Virus record (IMG/VR): IMGVR_UViG_3300028115_001726
Span: 1-64,000 of that record
Strand: one strand, 5' to 3'
Length of the DNA: 64,000 bases
DNA from: a virus
Part shown: positions 12,001 to 19,670 of the stretch, in pieces
How the letters are laid out: each line of letters starts with the position of its first letter
Numbering within the stretch: position 1 is the first letter of the stretch
Translations under genes and position numbers: made by a program
The notes under the pieces: model-generated
Seen by the model: only the letters and a program-made list of their open reading frames with translations
What the model was told of the DNA's origin: nothing
Databases searched by the model: none

Positions 12001-13528
12001 TTTGTCAAATCTAACAAGTGTAGATTTTTTAATATATGTTGACAATGTAAGACTTGACCAACGTTACTGGGCATGGGATAATGTAAATGGAAGAATTACA
12101 TTGCTTAACAATGTAATAGCACCAGCAGGTAGCAAATTAGACATCTATGTTTTAAAAGATGCTGAATATTATTTTGTTGATACACAATTAACATTTTCTG
12201 AACTTGACGGCAGCACTGCAGCTAATTTAGAATTACTTGTACAAGAAGGAGATACTCTATCAATTACAAGTGCTGCTACAAGCACAACATTTGAAACAAA
12301 GGTTAGAAGTATTGTTGACAATGTAGTAACAGTTAGAAGTTACCAAAAAGGATTACGAGACGAATTTGTTGCCGATGAAAAATTCTATATTACAGCTTCT
12401 GGAGCAGATTCTACTGCTTTAGTAATAAGTGATTTACAGTTTATTGAAAGTGATAGTTTGACTATAGATCCAAGTCTTCCAAATTTACAAGCAAGCGATT
12501 TTAAGGTAAGTGTGATGCATTTTAGTAATCACGACATTAATAACTTTTCTAGATATACTTATAATGTTTTAAATAATTCAATTGTAAACGCAAATTCACC
12601 TGAAGCAACTAGACGTAATTTGTTAAGTAACGGAATTGTAGAACTTGAAAAACCAGTGTTGTCTGCTCAGTATGTTTGGGTAATTAAAAACGGAATAGTT
12701 TTACAACCTTCAATTGATTATGTAGTAATGGAAACATTAGATGCTATTAGACTTACTAATATTCCTAACGAAAATGATCGCATTGATGTATTACATTTCC
12801 AAAATAATACAGCATCTCCAAAATTTGGATATAGAATCTTTAGAGACATGTTAGGAAGAACACATTACAAACGACTCAATGAAGATAATAGTTATAAATT
12901 AGCAGTAGCATTAAAACAATATGATACAAAAATTATATTAGACGATGCTACAGGTATAGTTCAACCAAACACTTTACAAAACATTCCAGGTGTATTATGG
13001 GTTGATGGTGAACGTATTGAATATTTTGTAGTAGAAGAAAACACTTTAAGTCAGCTTAGAAGAGGTACTTTAGGAACTGGAGCAAAAGTAAATTATCCAG
13101 TAAATACAAAAGTATACGGACAAGGTATTGACGAAACAATTGATTACAGAGATACATATCAAGTTTATAGACAGTTAGCAGATGGTAGTAATACTGTTGT
13201 TGATATAGATTTTGAATTTAATAATATTAATGAAATTGAAGTGTTTGTAGGCGGTAGAAAGTTAAGTAAAGTGGCAGTAGATGTGTATAACAAAACAATA
13301 GCACAAGACAGTCCAGAAGCTGACCAAACACAAGATAAAGAGTTTGATGTTATAACAGTTGGCAGCGAAAAAGTAATCCAATTTGCTACTACTCCAGCTA
13401 TTGATACAGAAATAAGAATTGTTAAGAAAACAGGTAAAACTTGGTATAATAACGGAACTTCTTTAAGAGATAGTAATTCTTCAATTGCTAAATTCTTACG
13501 CGGAGCAACTATTGAGCTACCTAAATAA
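1..13528 (+). CDS. Giant virion structural protein, baseplate wedge/adhesin-like (>4,500 aa, 5'-truncated)
   Basis: Frame is open from position 2 (GDQYPTYVF...), so the GTG at 23 is probably not the real start. Contains FG-GAP-like propeller repeats (GYSVSVAPDGKYIAVGAP, FGSAVDFSGNKLAICG), four CBM5/12-like Y-x-x-G/A-D/T-x-V modules and myovirus baseplate-type repeats (ITSVIINDKGNGYKTAP, IDVIDGGSGFTDTP, VTSIEIVNKGS). Lies directly upstream of tail-fibre genes. Confidence 0.75.
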   Translation, partial: GDQYPTYVFSPDGLTKNPTLKLFKGQTYTFDINTPGHPISFVSDINFNDNDPLLSIDAENNSTLYNTGITKFKRLEDGTLVETTDEYIENGRIVFVVDTDVPPTLNYVSQNEINVSGVATFYNIEESSKIDVEQEILGKKTYTTENGLKLSNGMKLNFQGEVTPASYSDGYYFVEGVGSKIVLIKEQDLEVPVIFTTEVAIPFDGEDYAFDKFPFEDARSFPANKDYICVNRSSKDRNPWSRYNRWFHKDVIEASFAANNQPVALDQNARAKRPIIEFEAGIKLFNHGVKSKQNVDLVDTFTTDVFSTIEGSGGYIIDGVEITQDMRILFTADPDILVNGKIYTVNFINFGTTETKKRQISLVETTDTIPNEGDSVLVLLGDVNSGKMFHYENTSWKMSQEKTAVNEAPHFDLFDSSGNAFTNETYYKGSTFQGTKLFSYKKGSGSNDVELGFPLTYESINNFGDIVFSFDYNLDTFNYQDDNSNTVTNSIKTGFFKIYDFTGDNFAYENVWKKTYFKSRQAVIRQYNAKVNDFDVDVFENSYLLDDLQIKVFVNGEKKIEGIDYNLTNAVPNKRVSFIKNLSSTDIVVLKCYSAADKNNNGYYEIPRNLESNPTNNDVTTFTIGEVNKHVNTILFDHPDTTGIAPGVTNLRDIGNATEYGSQFMKHSSPFNLASYHIVDKNANVIKSLNFAQSEYSRFKRAFLTESTKTGFHGSTADHVDLIMKKITKDKTSSFAFFASDMVPFNKSRANTTSVDYTGIEYIPTSYDGFDMTTLSSKSILVYVNDEIKTINKDYTIEDGFVKYTNAVENDQITVVEFDNTAGCFVPPTPTKLGFLPKYEPQIINDTSVTGNVSVILGHDGSRTKAFGDYRDDLLLELEKRIYNNIKINYDTNFLDIHNVLPGKFRKTNYKTQDFNNILLEDFSKWLDGANNPDYTSQDFYDGSNPLTYNYRNMTDFDGETLVGFWRNIYRYYYDTDRPHITPWEMLGISIKPTWWESVYGPAPYTFNNTPLWQDLRDGLVKEPGKPVVQKKNYVRKDLMNIIPVDEQGNLRGPSASGLARNFVLVDTIKPFVYGDGSPTENAWRNSSEYNFALLKAWILLQPSHVIGLGFDRSRMKFDLSGNIVYSESQQQIAAKDLIFPTITEGSETEVLTSGLVNYIANYVKYSVDSKYIKYQTITKGLTNQLAIKLGGFAEKNKLKLLLDSRSPLNKTNVFVPNENYQIFLNKSSVQDTAIASGVTIEKTINNGYIVKGYDKQNPTFTILPFIEQRSDKAINVGGISENFFPFAEGNTYTVGTIVKYNGEFYRAKITHISSSEIDLNNFTKLAELPISGGKGAIIRKAFSNTPEQVPYGQRFNSDQELVDFLLGYEAYLKSIGFILDSVNPEGGEVENMLLVVKEFLFFGTQNWKAGTVLAVSPIANACKFSRKYFTVDNLYDNFYDYNIVTSNGNLISADQINAYRDRDIDFALNAVGNNEGIYLVKLPLVQQEHVVLIDNETIFADTIYDLAAGFRQDRIKLIGYRTDNWTGSLNIPGFFYDEARTVLWEPNTDYQVADIVKFKEFYYSSVKKHTSKTKFNDTNWRRLDSRPVSQIYPNWDYKVNQFADFYDLDTDNFDTEQQRLAQHLIGYQKRQYLENIITDSVSQYKFYQGFIQEKGTRNALDKLFDALSSSDKDSVEFYEEWALRLGQYGSIDNIQETEYVIDESKYKLNPQIFELVSRADTTRKDLVYEYTPREVYKSPDNYSHQLVGITTENRAIARNSGYVRDSDVEYIVRDKSFIPEIDLDTLPIGKHIWITNEKSTWTVLKHSRSTYNVTNLETFVDNANNGVRLIVDRQVKTIAINDYIGVYTDVPLLKGFYKVTNVFGNTIEFNTLEAIEYENDEDSFNATTGAVISVFNSRRFTDVDDLNTNIVDLETDNVDKIWLDNTGSGEWSVYENKSIFSLYKEFQNTSDKRVNLLIDGNVTGSVNVDDIVMIDDSSGYSSVFAKSYDSVNDRTKLTVNKGVNVWPIGFNVFLADSTDLGKLVSVEYEQIQATDSSQSNLTTAKTEYISNSSYNHGVLEIMRRSGDTLSYSQTENFLPTAYHDENSGYGYSVSVAPDGKYIAVGAPFASNILSKFKGTIDPAEAYAVGDIVVDRGQLWRAKVDISNWHDDASDSSTITAGDNEDLWEAVYSLTTTGDGLASGLTAQGAVYIYELDSVSRNYSLQTVMFSPEPKDNENFGYEIEFRKNLTGKYKLFVSAPAQAVGAIYFFEYDVDTVEWKWTRNRSYKGVFDVDEKYRTGDLVYYQNALYKALVDRLPSVTPATEKLPTDVNSWSNAETNENGEILYYYSDNVEHTGFVPNREQDLDGDNDTNEQYFGRKFFVNTNGDKLVAQSIKAGQRTLTVYNQPIDRWTYIQEITGDTNEQWAVDFAINDEGNKIAISEPANDDTGTNKGTVYVYTQQTDNTYTLTQNLYSPQSERNEYFGSAVDFSGNKLAICGKNSDKLTVTNFDVTTNGKLIFDNGTTRFGTIDSDLGRIMIFEQIGDNFTYGESVNYKRQTFGHTLDNFKFINNHIYLNLPNYLASNVNTPTDANYVISNIPGILAEFTHTKNKNSNQVLTSQTNKPDIKQIQRVFLYDKNTADIIADLDVIDPRQGKIAGAAEQEISYKTWYDPAVYSTAETADVVVDAQSNWTDRYVGKLWWNLSEASWYDPYQQGSSYRSTVFNKILPDSDIVVSEWVSTDLLPSEWNELSGSTTGFTQGVTGTALYDDTVYSEKLIFDATKQVFVPRYFYWVKNKTTVPTNTNRIISAQVVADLIKDPAKQGYRYVGILESDKFVLYNCASLIEGKNTVIHFRTLKDVNVKTEVHSEYQLITEGLDIDVPNQEIERKWIDSLVGYDLVGNPVPDVNLQPVKKYGVLNIPRQSMFVNRIEAVKQFVERANSVLIKNLIVDNYDLTKLQSKDPLPILASQKFDVSIDDVENLEFVGTAKVKPAIVTPVIEFGKITSVIINDKGNGYKTAPLIEIETTTGKGANLETAINSNGQLISVTVKDSGFDYDSTTLLKARPFSVLVTADSSIGGRWAIYVYNKTQAIWERSDNQSFDTTKYWNYVDYYADGYGPNTIVDNTIEASYELYAVNNNIGDIVKISNVGTGGWLLLKKINEIDTEDYTVNYETIGRQNGTIKLSSLIYDYTTKTTGYDASVYDITFYDREPVQELRNIIDAIAQDIFIGDLAVEYNNLFFAGIKYVFSEQPNVDWAFKTSFIRAKHNVGELAQKVAYQNDNLENYQDYINEVKPYSSNVREYISSYEKIEPSQSVITDFDLSPSYIDGNITPSAATFDGTEVVNLWNKYFTYPYKNWTDNNTYEVIRIDVIDGGSGFTDTPYVTFENDSTPLYSGLTAKAYISKGKVTSIEIVNKGSRLYKAPTVTVSGNQDIDGKPVLASCILGNSNVRSTHVIVKFDRVSGKKYFEILDKTETFTGSGNQKKFMVKWPMNIKTDSFTVKIDGVVQLQNTYTVGNQLDRTKLYDRYFGYVEFVEDPALNSTVEIQYKKDVNLLQAADRILTEYKPTSGMPGVETSQLMDGVEYEGALYDGLDFGTEQGFGVGGFSDLPWDTFDNTYQDEVLTLDGSTSILQLSTPLEDGVSYNIYLNGVRQDDPQYDGSTITANKNAVMATVVGDGVTDTIDINGAFFTTDGDQVIIRKESSDGSFAPVSAAYDTALSGGAIDRSTASGIPGGEVIVDGDGFYTQSASRGPEELVPGHVTDTLDLSVYTRTPDGIGLISVANYVTDGSTVVFEMPNTPFGTDNVVVNYDGKLLEKNNYTVDVESNTLTFDNVQEVFEANKSISIMTIGANGSKLIDTQTIKLTQFDIDILDSSGLEIETAIKYNTNVTAIVIINGKIGVVGTDYTTQKLNNRLGITILPPIDSPDYNFEVGNVIQYAVYDSAIQTFSQIYQDESWDPTLVNYYKFTDTNIPFNNKPLGHNLLVMWRANKQVLSPGYSISYTTTSNRIYSIDSWMFDPLSNLTSVDFLIYVDNVRLDQRYWAWDNVNGRITLLNNVIAPAGSKLDIYVLKDAEYYFVDTQLTFSELDGSTAANLELLVQEGDTLSITSAATSTTFETKVRSIVDNVVTVRSYQKGLRDEFVADEKFYITASGADSTALVISDLQFIESDSLTIDPSLPNLQASDFKVSVMHFSNHDINNFSRYTYNVLNNSIVNANSPEATRRNLLSNGIVELEKPVLSAQYVWVIKNGIVLQPSIDYVVMETLDAIRLTNIPNENDRIDVLHFQNNTASPKFGYRIFRDMLGRTHYKRLNEDNSYKLAVALKQYDTKIILDDATGIVQPNTLQNIPGVLWVDGERIEYFVVEENTLSQLRRGTLGTGAKVNYPVNTKVYGQGIDETIDYRDTYQVYRQLADGSNTVVDIDFEFNNINEIEVFVGGRKLSKVAVDVYNKTIAQDSPEADQTQDKEFDVITVGSEKVIQFATTPAIDTEIRIVKKTGKTWYNNGTSLRDSNSSIAKFLRGATIELPK

Positions 13529-13531
13529 ATA
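13524..13531 (+). promoter_or_regulatory. T4-late-like promoter box (AATAAATA)
   Basis: TAAATA overlapping the stop codon of the giant ORF, 18 nt upstream of the next ATG. The same box precedes other structural genes. Confidence 0.45.
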
Positions 13532-13549
13532 CAGTATAAGGTAAAAAAG

Positions 13550-14158
13550 ATGACACAGTTTAAAGATTTAAATGGAATACATGTAGAAGGACACATTAAA
13601 ATTTCTGACCCAACTAGTGGCGAAATTTATGTGAATAAACGCAATGCTATTCATTATGAAAACATGAGTCTTGCTTTAGCAGAAAGTTTAGCTAATCAAG
13701 GTTATGGTTTTGTATACGAAATGAGTTTTGGAAATGGCGGTACAAGCGTTGATCCAACAGGTATTGTTACTTATTTAACACCTAACAGCACCGGAACAAA
13801 TGCTAGTTTGTACAATCAAACATTTACAAAAGTAGTTGATGAAAGAGCTGTAGCAAATACAGATCCAACTAGAAATAAAACAGAAATTAGACACGTTAGT
13901 GGAACAAATTATACCGATGTGCTTGTAAGATGTTTGTTAGATTATGGAGAACCAGCAGGACAAGATGCTTTTGACACAGCAGGTAGTTCAGAAAATTTAT
14001 ATGTATTTGATGAATTAGGTTTACGTAGTTATTCAGAAAGTGGAACTGGTAGACTAATGACACATGTTATTTTTCATCCAGTACAAAAAAGTTTAAACAG
14101 GTTAATACAAATTGATTATACAGTTCGTATTCAAAGTTTGAGCGGAATTGAGGGTTAA
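13550..14158 (+). CDS. Putative virion (baseplate/tail) protein, 202 aa
   Basis: Beta-rich, located between the baseplate-like and tail-fibre genes. Motifs EGHIKI, FGNGG, FDELGL, IDYTVRI are typical of phage tail/baseplate accessory proteins. Confidence 0.55.
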   Translation: MTQFKDLNGIHVEGHIKISDPTSGEIYVNKRNAIHYENMSLALAESLANQGYGFVYEMSFGNGGTSVDPTGIVTYLTPNSTGTNASLYNQTFTKVVDERAVANTDPTRNKTEIRHVSGTNYTDVLVRCLLDYGEPAGQDAFDTAGSSENLYVFDELGLRSYSESGTGRLMTHVIFHPVQKSLNRLIQIDYTVRIQSLSGIEG

Positions 14159-14161
14159 TAA

Positions 14162-16264
14162 ATGGCAGACTATAGTATTAGATTTACGGATTTTGTAAAC
14201 AACGGTTCGATTGAAATAGAAGAAAACAGTTTAAATAGTTCAGATACAAGTTTAAAATTACCCGGACAAAATTTGTCTGGATATGGATCTTACATCAATA
14301 CAAACTTTTTACAATTATTAGAAAATTTTGCTAATACTACTGCTCCTATCAACGCCGTTGAAGGTCAATTATGGTATGACACAACTGTCGGAGTTGATCA
14401 ACTCAAAGTTTATGATGGTGCTGCTTGGGTAGCATCAGGTGGTATCAAAAAAGCTCAATCACAGCCACAAGCAAGTGAAAGTATTATAGGTGATATTTGG
14501 ATTGATACAGCAAACTTACAAGCATATCTTTATAGTGGTAGTGGCTGGATACTAATTGGACCTGATTATGCTGAAGGCGCTTCCACTGGTGTAAAAATTG
14601 AAAGTATTATAGGCACAAGTGCTGAGTTAGGAACAGACAGACAACATGTAATTTTATCTAGCTATGTAAATGATAAAATTGTTTCTATACACAGCAGTTA
14701 CGAATTTACTCCTAAATTAAAAATAGCTGGATTTCCGTCTGGTACTGTTTTAAAACCAGGTATTAATCTTCCTTCTGAAACAATTTTTAATGGCAAAGCA
14801 GCAAAGTATTATGGCACAGCTGAAAAAGCAGAAAAAATAATTGATTCAACAGGACTGTTATCAATTGAGTATAATGATATTGCTAGACTTTCTGTAGCAA
14901 ACAGATTTGAAAAAGAAATTAAGATTGCTACAAATACTGGTATAACAGTAGGCGAAAACGGTATCTTAAGTATGAGTATTACTGGATCAACAGCATTTCT
15001 TAGAAATAAAGCAACTGATGGTCCTATTGATTTTCAAGTTAATAATGCTGGAGCAAATACTACAGCTTTAAGAATTACTTCAGAAGGCAAACATGGTATT
15101 TTGACTACAGCACCAGACGAAGAATTAGATGTCGTAGGAAATATTCAAGCTAAACCTAATGCTGCTAACCAAGGCGGTAGAGTTATCGTAAAAAGCATAG
15201 CAGATAGTAGTGTATACACAGATTCAACAGCATCTTTAAGTACATTAGGCGGAGTAAGTATTGCCAAAGCTGTCAATGTTGGAGGAGAAGCGTATTTCAA
15301 CCAAAATGATACAGACAATACATCTAGCATATATGCTGAAAATATTCAACCGTACACTCCTTCAGTAAATAAAATTGGAACAGAAGCATTACCTTATCTT
15401 GAAGTACACTCTAACACTTTTTATGGAAATGTAATTGGTAATGTAAGTGGTAATGTCGGCGGCACTGCTACAAGTGCAGGTAAATTAGCTCAACCAACAA
15501 CGTTCCAATTTAGCAGCACAGGAGATGTAACAGCATCAGCACCAATTACATTTGATGGGCAAGTTGGCGGCACTACAAAAGAATGGACACTAAACGTTGA
15601 TCCAGCATTTATAGACAATCAAACAGCAACAGGTGTAGTAAACACTCTTACTGACGAAGTATTAATTAACCGTAGCGGCGCACTTACAAAAATGACACAT
15701 CAAACATTTGTAAGCACAATTCCTACATTTGTTTTAGGAATGATTATGCCTTTTGCTGGCACTGTACCTCCTGATAAATGGGAGTTGTGTCATGGACAAG
15801 AGCTCACACGCGGTGGATCTTATGAACAATTATACGAAGTAATTGGCAACTTATACGGAACACCAAGTGATCCAGCTACAAAATTTAAAGTACCAGATTT
15901 TAGAGGCAGATTTTTAATTGGACATTTAGGAGATGCTACAACAGGCAACCGTGTTCTTAACGATGCTTCTGCTAATACTGTAGGACTACCAGGCGGTAGT
16001 GAATCAGGAGTTATTCAACAAAATCAACTTCCTGATCACCAACATAGTTTACAAGGCGATAACGGAGAGCAGTATTATAGCACTACTGGTGTTGCTGGTG
16101 GTACAGATACAGGTGCTCAAGCACAATCTATTATGGGTACAACAGCAGGAACAGCTAACACTCAAACAGGTAATATGATAGATGTAGACAATGATCCGTT
16201 CTATCATACTCCACCGTTTGTAACAGTTGAATACATTATATATACAGGAGTTTCATTACTATGA
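14162..16264 (+). CDS. Tail fibre protein with C-terminal phage tail-collar domain
   Basis: N-terminal GYG..N.NF..LLENFA..P....GQLWYD domain shared with the next two genes. C-terminal GMIMPFAG..PP..WELCHGQ...Y..LY.VIG..YG...FKVPDFRGRF is the tail-collar signature. Confidence 0.8.
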   Translation: MADYSIRFTDFVNNGSIEIEENSLNSSDTSLKLPGQNLSGYGSYINTNFLQLLENFANTTAPINAVEGQLWYDTTVGVDQLKVYDGAAWVASGGIKKAQSQPQASESIIGDIWIDTANLQAYLYSGSGWILIGPDYAEGASTGVKIESIIGTSAELGTDRQHVILSSYVNDKIVSIHSSYEFTPKLKIAGFPSGTVLKPGINLPSETIFNGKAAKYYGTAEKAEKIIDSTGLLSIEYNDIARLSVANRFEKEIKIATNTGITVGENGILSMSITGSTAFLRNKATDGPIDFQVNNAGANTTALRITSEGKHGILTTAPDEELDVVGNIQAKPNAANQGGRVIVKSIADSSVYTDSTASLSTLGGVSIAKAVNVGGEAYFNQNDTDNTSSIYAENIQPYTPSVNKIGTEALPYLEVHSNTFYGNVIGNVSGNVGGTATSAGKLAQPTTFQFSSTGDVTASAPITFDGQVGGTTKEWTLNVDPAFIDNQTATGVVNTLTDEVLINRSGALTKMTHQTFVSTIPTFVLGMIMPFAGTVPPDKWELCHGQELTRGGSYEQLYEVIGNLYGTPSDPATKFKVPDFRGRFLIGHLGDATTGNRVLNDASANTVGLPGGSESGVIQQNQLPDHQHSLQGDNGEQYYSTTGVAGGTDTGAQAQSIMGTTAGTANTQTGNMIDVDNDPFYHTPPFVTVEYIIYTGVSLL

Positions 16265-18120
16265 GTTATAAAATAAACCAATCAGACGGTACACTCTTAG
16301 TAGATTTGATTGATGGAAAAATTGACGTTGCTACTACAGATGTAACTCTTGTTGGACGTAACTACACAGGATACGGAGAAGCATTTAACGAAAACTTTGT
16401 TAAAATTTTAGAAAATTTTGCTTCAACAGTTCAGCCAACTAATCCACTTAGAGGACAAATATGGTATGACACTAGTGTAGGTAGACTAAAGGTATATGAC
16501 GGCACAGAATTTAGAGGCACTGATACAACTACTTATGCCGCTTTACAACCTAGTATGGTTGCTGGAGATTTGTGGGTAAATGCTACAACCAAGCAATTGT
16601 ATTTTTCAGATGGTAGTCAAATTTTTAGAGCAGGTCCAACTTATACTAGAACACAAGGACAAACAGAATGTGATGCTATAACGCTTACTGACAGCAATGG
16701 ATTTGATAAAACTGTAGCACGTTGGACAGTAGGTGGTAATTTAGTAGCTATTGTATCAAGTGAAGATTTTACTGCTCCTGTCATAGACTCAAATGTTGCT
16801 TTAATACCAGGATTTCCTACACAGATAAAAGCAGGGGTTAACATTAATCCAACATATAGTACTTTTGCTTGGAATGGCACAGCTACTAATGCTAATAACT
16901 TAATTGATACAGCAAATAATGTATACTCAGCATCAGATTTCTTACGTGTTTCTCCAAATTTAAATGTTGCCACATATCAAACTACAAACCAGCATTTACA
17001 TATTAACAATGACAGAGGACTGCTAGTTGGTGATGTGTCTAGACTCAGTTTATCAACAGATACAACATCTCTTAATAGAGATATTGTTATTAGATCGTTT
17101 AGAGATAATGCTAATATTAAAATTCAAACTAGCACTAGTGGTTCACCTGACGATGCTATTACAATAGATACAAGCAATAGACGGGTTGGAATATTTAATG
17201 CTGAACCAGCAGCAATGTTACACATTGGAACAAGCGATAGCGCAGCCGAGAATACAAGTATAATTATCGAAGGTAATTTAACTGTTAGAGGCGATAGTTC
17301 TAGCTTAGATGTGTCTACATTAAGAGTAGAAGATAAGCAAATTGAACTAGCAATTACAGATGGTAGTACATTACTAACAAATGCCCAGGTAGACGACGGT
17401 GGCGTTGTTTTACGTGCTTCTGGAGAAGAGAAAAAATGGACATGGAGAGATTCTACCGATTCTTGGACAGCGAGTACAAATATAGATGTAGCAGACGGCA
17501 GAGTTTACAAAATTAATAATACAACAGTATTAAGTATTAATGAACTACATAACAGTGTTACCCAAGCAACTGGACTTGTGCGTGTAGGTACTTTAGAAGA
17601 ACTTACAGTTGATAACATATCGTTTAACGCTAGTACAATAACAACAACTACTGGACTTAATTTAAACGTTAACGGTGATATACAATTAGTAGCAACATCT
17701 AAAATTCGTAATATTGCTGAACCAGCAGCAGATAATGATGCTGCTACAAAACTATATGTTGACGATGCTAGTAAAAGCACAGACATATGGCTTTCAGTTG
17801 ATTCAACAGGATTAACTGATGCCCAAATTGCTGCTTTAGTTAACGATTTAGTTCCTGCTAGTACAAAAAATAATGGAGTAAGTGCTAGAGTTCATTGTAC
17901 ATCATATAGCGGAGAGTATACATATAATCCAACTGGATCAGTATCAAAAAGTTTTGTAGCAGTTGATAGTGCTGGTGTACAAAACCAATCGGTTATAGGA
18001 GACTTTAGTTTTACAAATACAACAGATACAGTAACACTTACTGTAACAAGAACATTAAAAAGATTTGAAGTTGTTGTAGGATCATGGACGTGGCAGGAAA
18101 ACTTGTCTAGTAGCGTTTAA
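16261..18120 (+). CDS. Tail fibre protein
   Basis: Same N-terminal anchor domain (GRNYTGYGEAFNENFVKILENFA...GQIWYD), fibre motifs RVGIFNAEP..MLHI and DAATKLYVD, Thr/Ser-rich. ATGA overlap with the upstream gene. Confidence 0.75.
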   Translation: MSYKINQSDGTLLVDLIDGKIDVATTDVTLVGRNYTGYGEAFNENFVKILENFASTVQPTNPLRGQIWYDTSVGRLKVYDGTEFRGTDTTTYAALQPSMVAGDLWVNATTKQLYFSDGSQIFRAGPTYTRTQGQTECDAITLTDSNGFDKTVARWTVGGNLVAIVSSEDFTAPVIDSNVALIPGFPTQIKAGVNINPTYSTFAWNGTATNANNLIDTANNVYSASDFLRVSPNLNVATYQTTNQHLHINNDRGLLVGDVSRLSLSTDTTSLNRDIVIRSFRDNANIKIQTSTSGSPDDAITIDTSNRRVGIFNAEPAAMLHIGTSDSAAENTSIIIEGNLTVRGDSSSLDVSTLRVEDKQIELAITDGSTLLTNAQVDDGGVVLRASGEEKKWTWRDSTDSWTASTNIDVADGRVYKINNTTVLSINELHNSVTQATGLVRVGTLEELTVDNISFNASTITTTTGLNLNVNGDIQLVATSKIRNIAEPAADNDAATKLYVDDASKSTDIWLSVDSTGLTDAQIAALVNDLVPASTKNNGVSARVHCTSYSGEYTYNPTGSVSKSFVAVDSAGVQNQSVIGDFSFTNTTDTVTLTVTRTLKRFEVVVGSWTWQENLSSSV

Positions 18121-18122
18121 GA

Positions 18123-18128
18123 TAAATA
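18123..18128 (+). promoter_or_regulatory. T4-late-like promoter box (TAAATA)
   Basis: GATAAATAC in the 35-bp gap before the 18156 gene, followed by an AAGGTG SD-like sequence. Confidence 0.5.
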
Positions 18129-18155
18129 CTTAAAATTACACACAAGGTGAAGTAA

Positions 18156-19640
18156 ATGGCATACATAATTAATAGATATAGTGGGGCGCAGTTAACAACT
18201 GTCGAGGATGGCACAGTTGATGATACAACTGAAATTAAACTAATTGGTAAAAACTACGCAGGTTACGGCGAACAACAAAACGAAAATTTTTTGTTTTTAT
18301 TAGAAAATTTTTCAGGAACTAACGCACCAACAAAAGCACTTACAGGTATGCTGTGGTATGACGCTACATCTGAACGTATTAGAGTGTATGACGGCACACA
18401 ATACAAAACAGTAAGCGGAGCAGAAGTATCAGCAAATCAACCAACTGGATTATCCGAAGGCGATTTGTGGTGGAATACAACAACAAATCAATTGTATGCT
18501 AAAAATGCCAACGACGAATATAACCTAATTGGACCACAATCAACATCATCAGGTACAACAGAAATGCGTACCTTAGATTTAATTGATTCAACACAAAACA
18601 AAAGAGAAGTGATTGTTTCCTACAATAATGATGAAATAATTGCTATAATTTCAAGAAACGAATTTACTCCACAAGTTTCACAACCAGATGTTACAGGATG
18701 GTCATATACAGAATATCCTACAATAAAATCAGGTATTACATTACGAGCAGTTGATAATGATGGTGTATCAGGTGTTGATTCAACAGGTGAAACTAATCTG
18801 TATTGGGGATCGGCAAGTAATGCTCTTAGACTTGGTGGATATTTAGCAAGTGATTATTTAAGATCAAGTAGTTTACCAAATCCGTTCCCAGAAATAAATT
18901 TTGGTGATGCTGGATTTACTATTGGTAATGGTACAGACATAAGACACTTTATTGATGCTGATGGTCAGACTCCAGTAATTAAATTAAACAACAATATACT
19001 AAACATTAGAGATAGTGGAGATTCTGATCAGTTTACTATTACTAATTCAGCTATATTTCCTGTTACCAGATCAACTAATAATTTAGGCGGCCCAATAAAC
19101 GAATTTGCTAATGTTTATGCTGACACATTTACTGGAACTGCTACACAAGCAAGTACTTTAAATGTAAATGGAGTATTTAGAGCAGCAGCAACTACTGCGG
19201 ATCCTAACACTGTAGCAGCTAGAGACGGCAGCGGAAACTTGGTAGCAAACATATTTACTGGTACTGCTACTCAAGCACGTTATGCTGATTTAGCTGAAAA
19301 ATATACAACTGGTGAAACTGAACTAGAACCAGGCACAGCAGTAGCAGTAATAGCTGATGACTGTTGCGAAGTAGGTCCTGCTAAGTCTAGCGATATATGT
19401 ATAGGTGTAGTATCAACAGATCCTGCTATTATGATGAATAGTGAAGCCGAAGGTCAATATATTGCCCTTAAAGGTCGTGTTCCAGTTAAAGTCGAAGGAC
19501 CAGTCAAAAAAGGACAAGCAATATTTGCTTGGGATAACGGAATTTGTAAAACTGTTGCTACTAGTGCGCTAGTAGGTGTTGCTCTTGAATCTAACGACGA
19601 CGAATCAATTAAACTTGTTGAGTGCGTTTTAAAAGTATAA
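18156..19640 (+). CDS. Tail fibre protein with C-terminal intramolecular-chaperone/peptidase G2-like domain
   Basis: Shared N-terminal domain (GKNYAGYGEQQNENFLFLLENFS...GMLWYD). C-terminal YADLAEKY...IGVVSTDPA..MN...IALKGRVPVKV.GP.KKG resembles autocleaving chaperone domains of phage fibres. Confidence 0.75.
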   Translation: MAYIINRYSGAQLTTVEDGTVDDTTEIKLIGKNYAGYGEQQNENFLFLLENFSGTNAPTKALTGMLWYDATSERIRVYDGTQYKTVSGAEVSANQPTGLSEGDLWWNTTTNQLYAKNANDEYNLIGPQSTSSGTTEMRTLDLIDSTQNKREVIVSYNNDEIIAIISRNEFTPQVSQPDVTGWSYTEYPTIKSGITLRAVDNDGVSGVDSTGETNLYWGSASNALRLGGYLASDYLRSSSLPNPFPEINFGDAGFTIGNGTDIRHFIDADGQTPVIKLNNNILNIRDSGDSDQFTITNSAIFPVTRSTNNLGGPINEFANVYADTFTGTATQASTLNVNGVFRAAATTADPNTVAARDGSGNLVANIFTGTATQARYADLAEKYTTGETELEPGTAVAVIADDCCEVGPAKSSDICIGVVSTDPAIMMNSEAEGQYIALKGRVPVKVEGPVKKGQAIFAWDNGICKTVATSALVGVALESNDDESIKLVECVLKV

Positions 19641-19643
19641 ATA
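19636..19643 (+). promoter_or_regulatory. T4-type late promoter consensus TATAAATA
   Basis: Exact TATAAATA upstream of AGGAG SD and the ATG at 19671. Confidence 0.65.
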
Positions 19644-19670
19644 CACAAGTATTATTAAATAGGAGTTAGC

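Noticed and set aside
1-13528. Intein in the giant ORF
   Set aside because: No C/S-start...HN-C/S/T splice motifs or LAGLIDADG blocks recognised.
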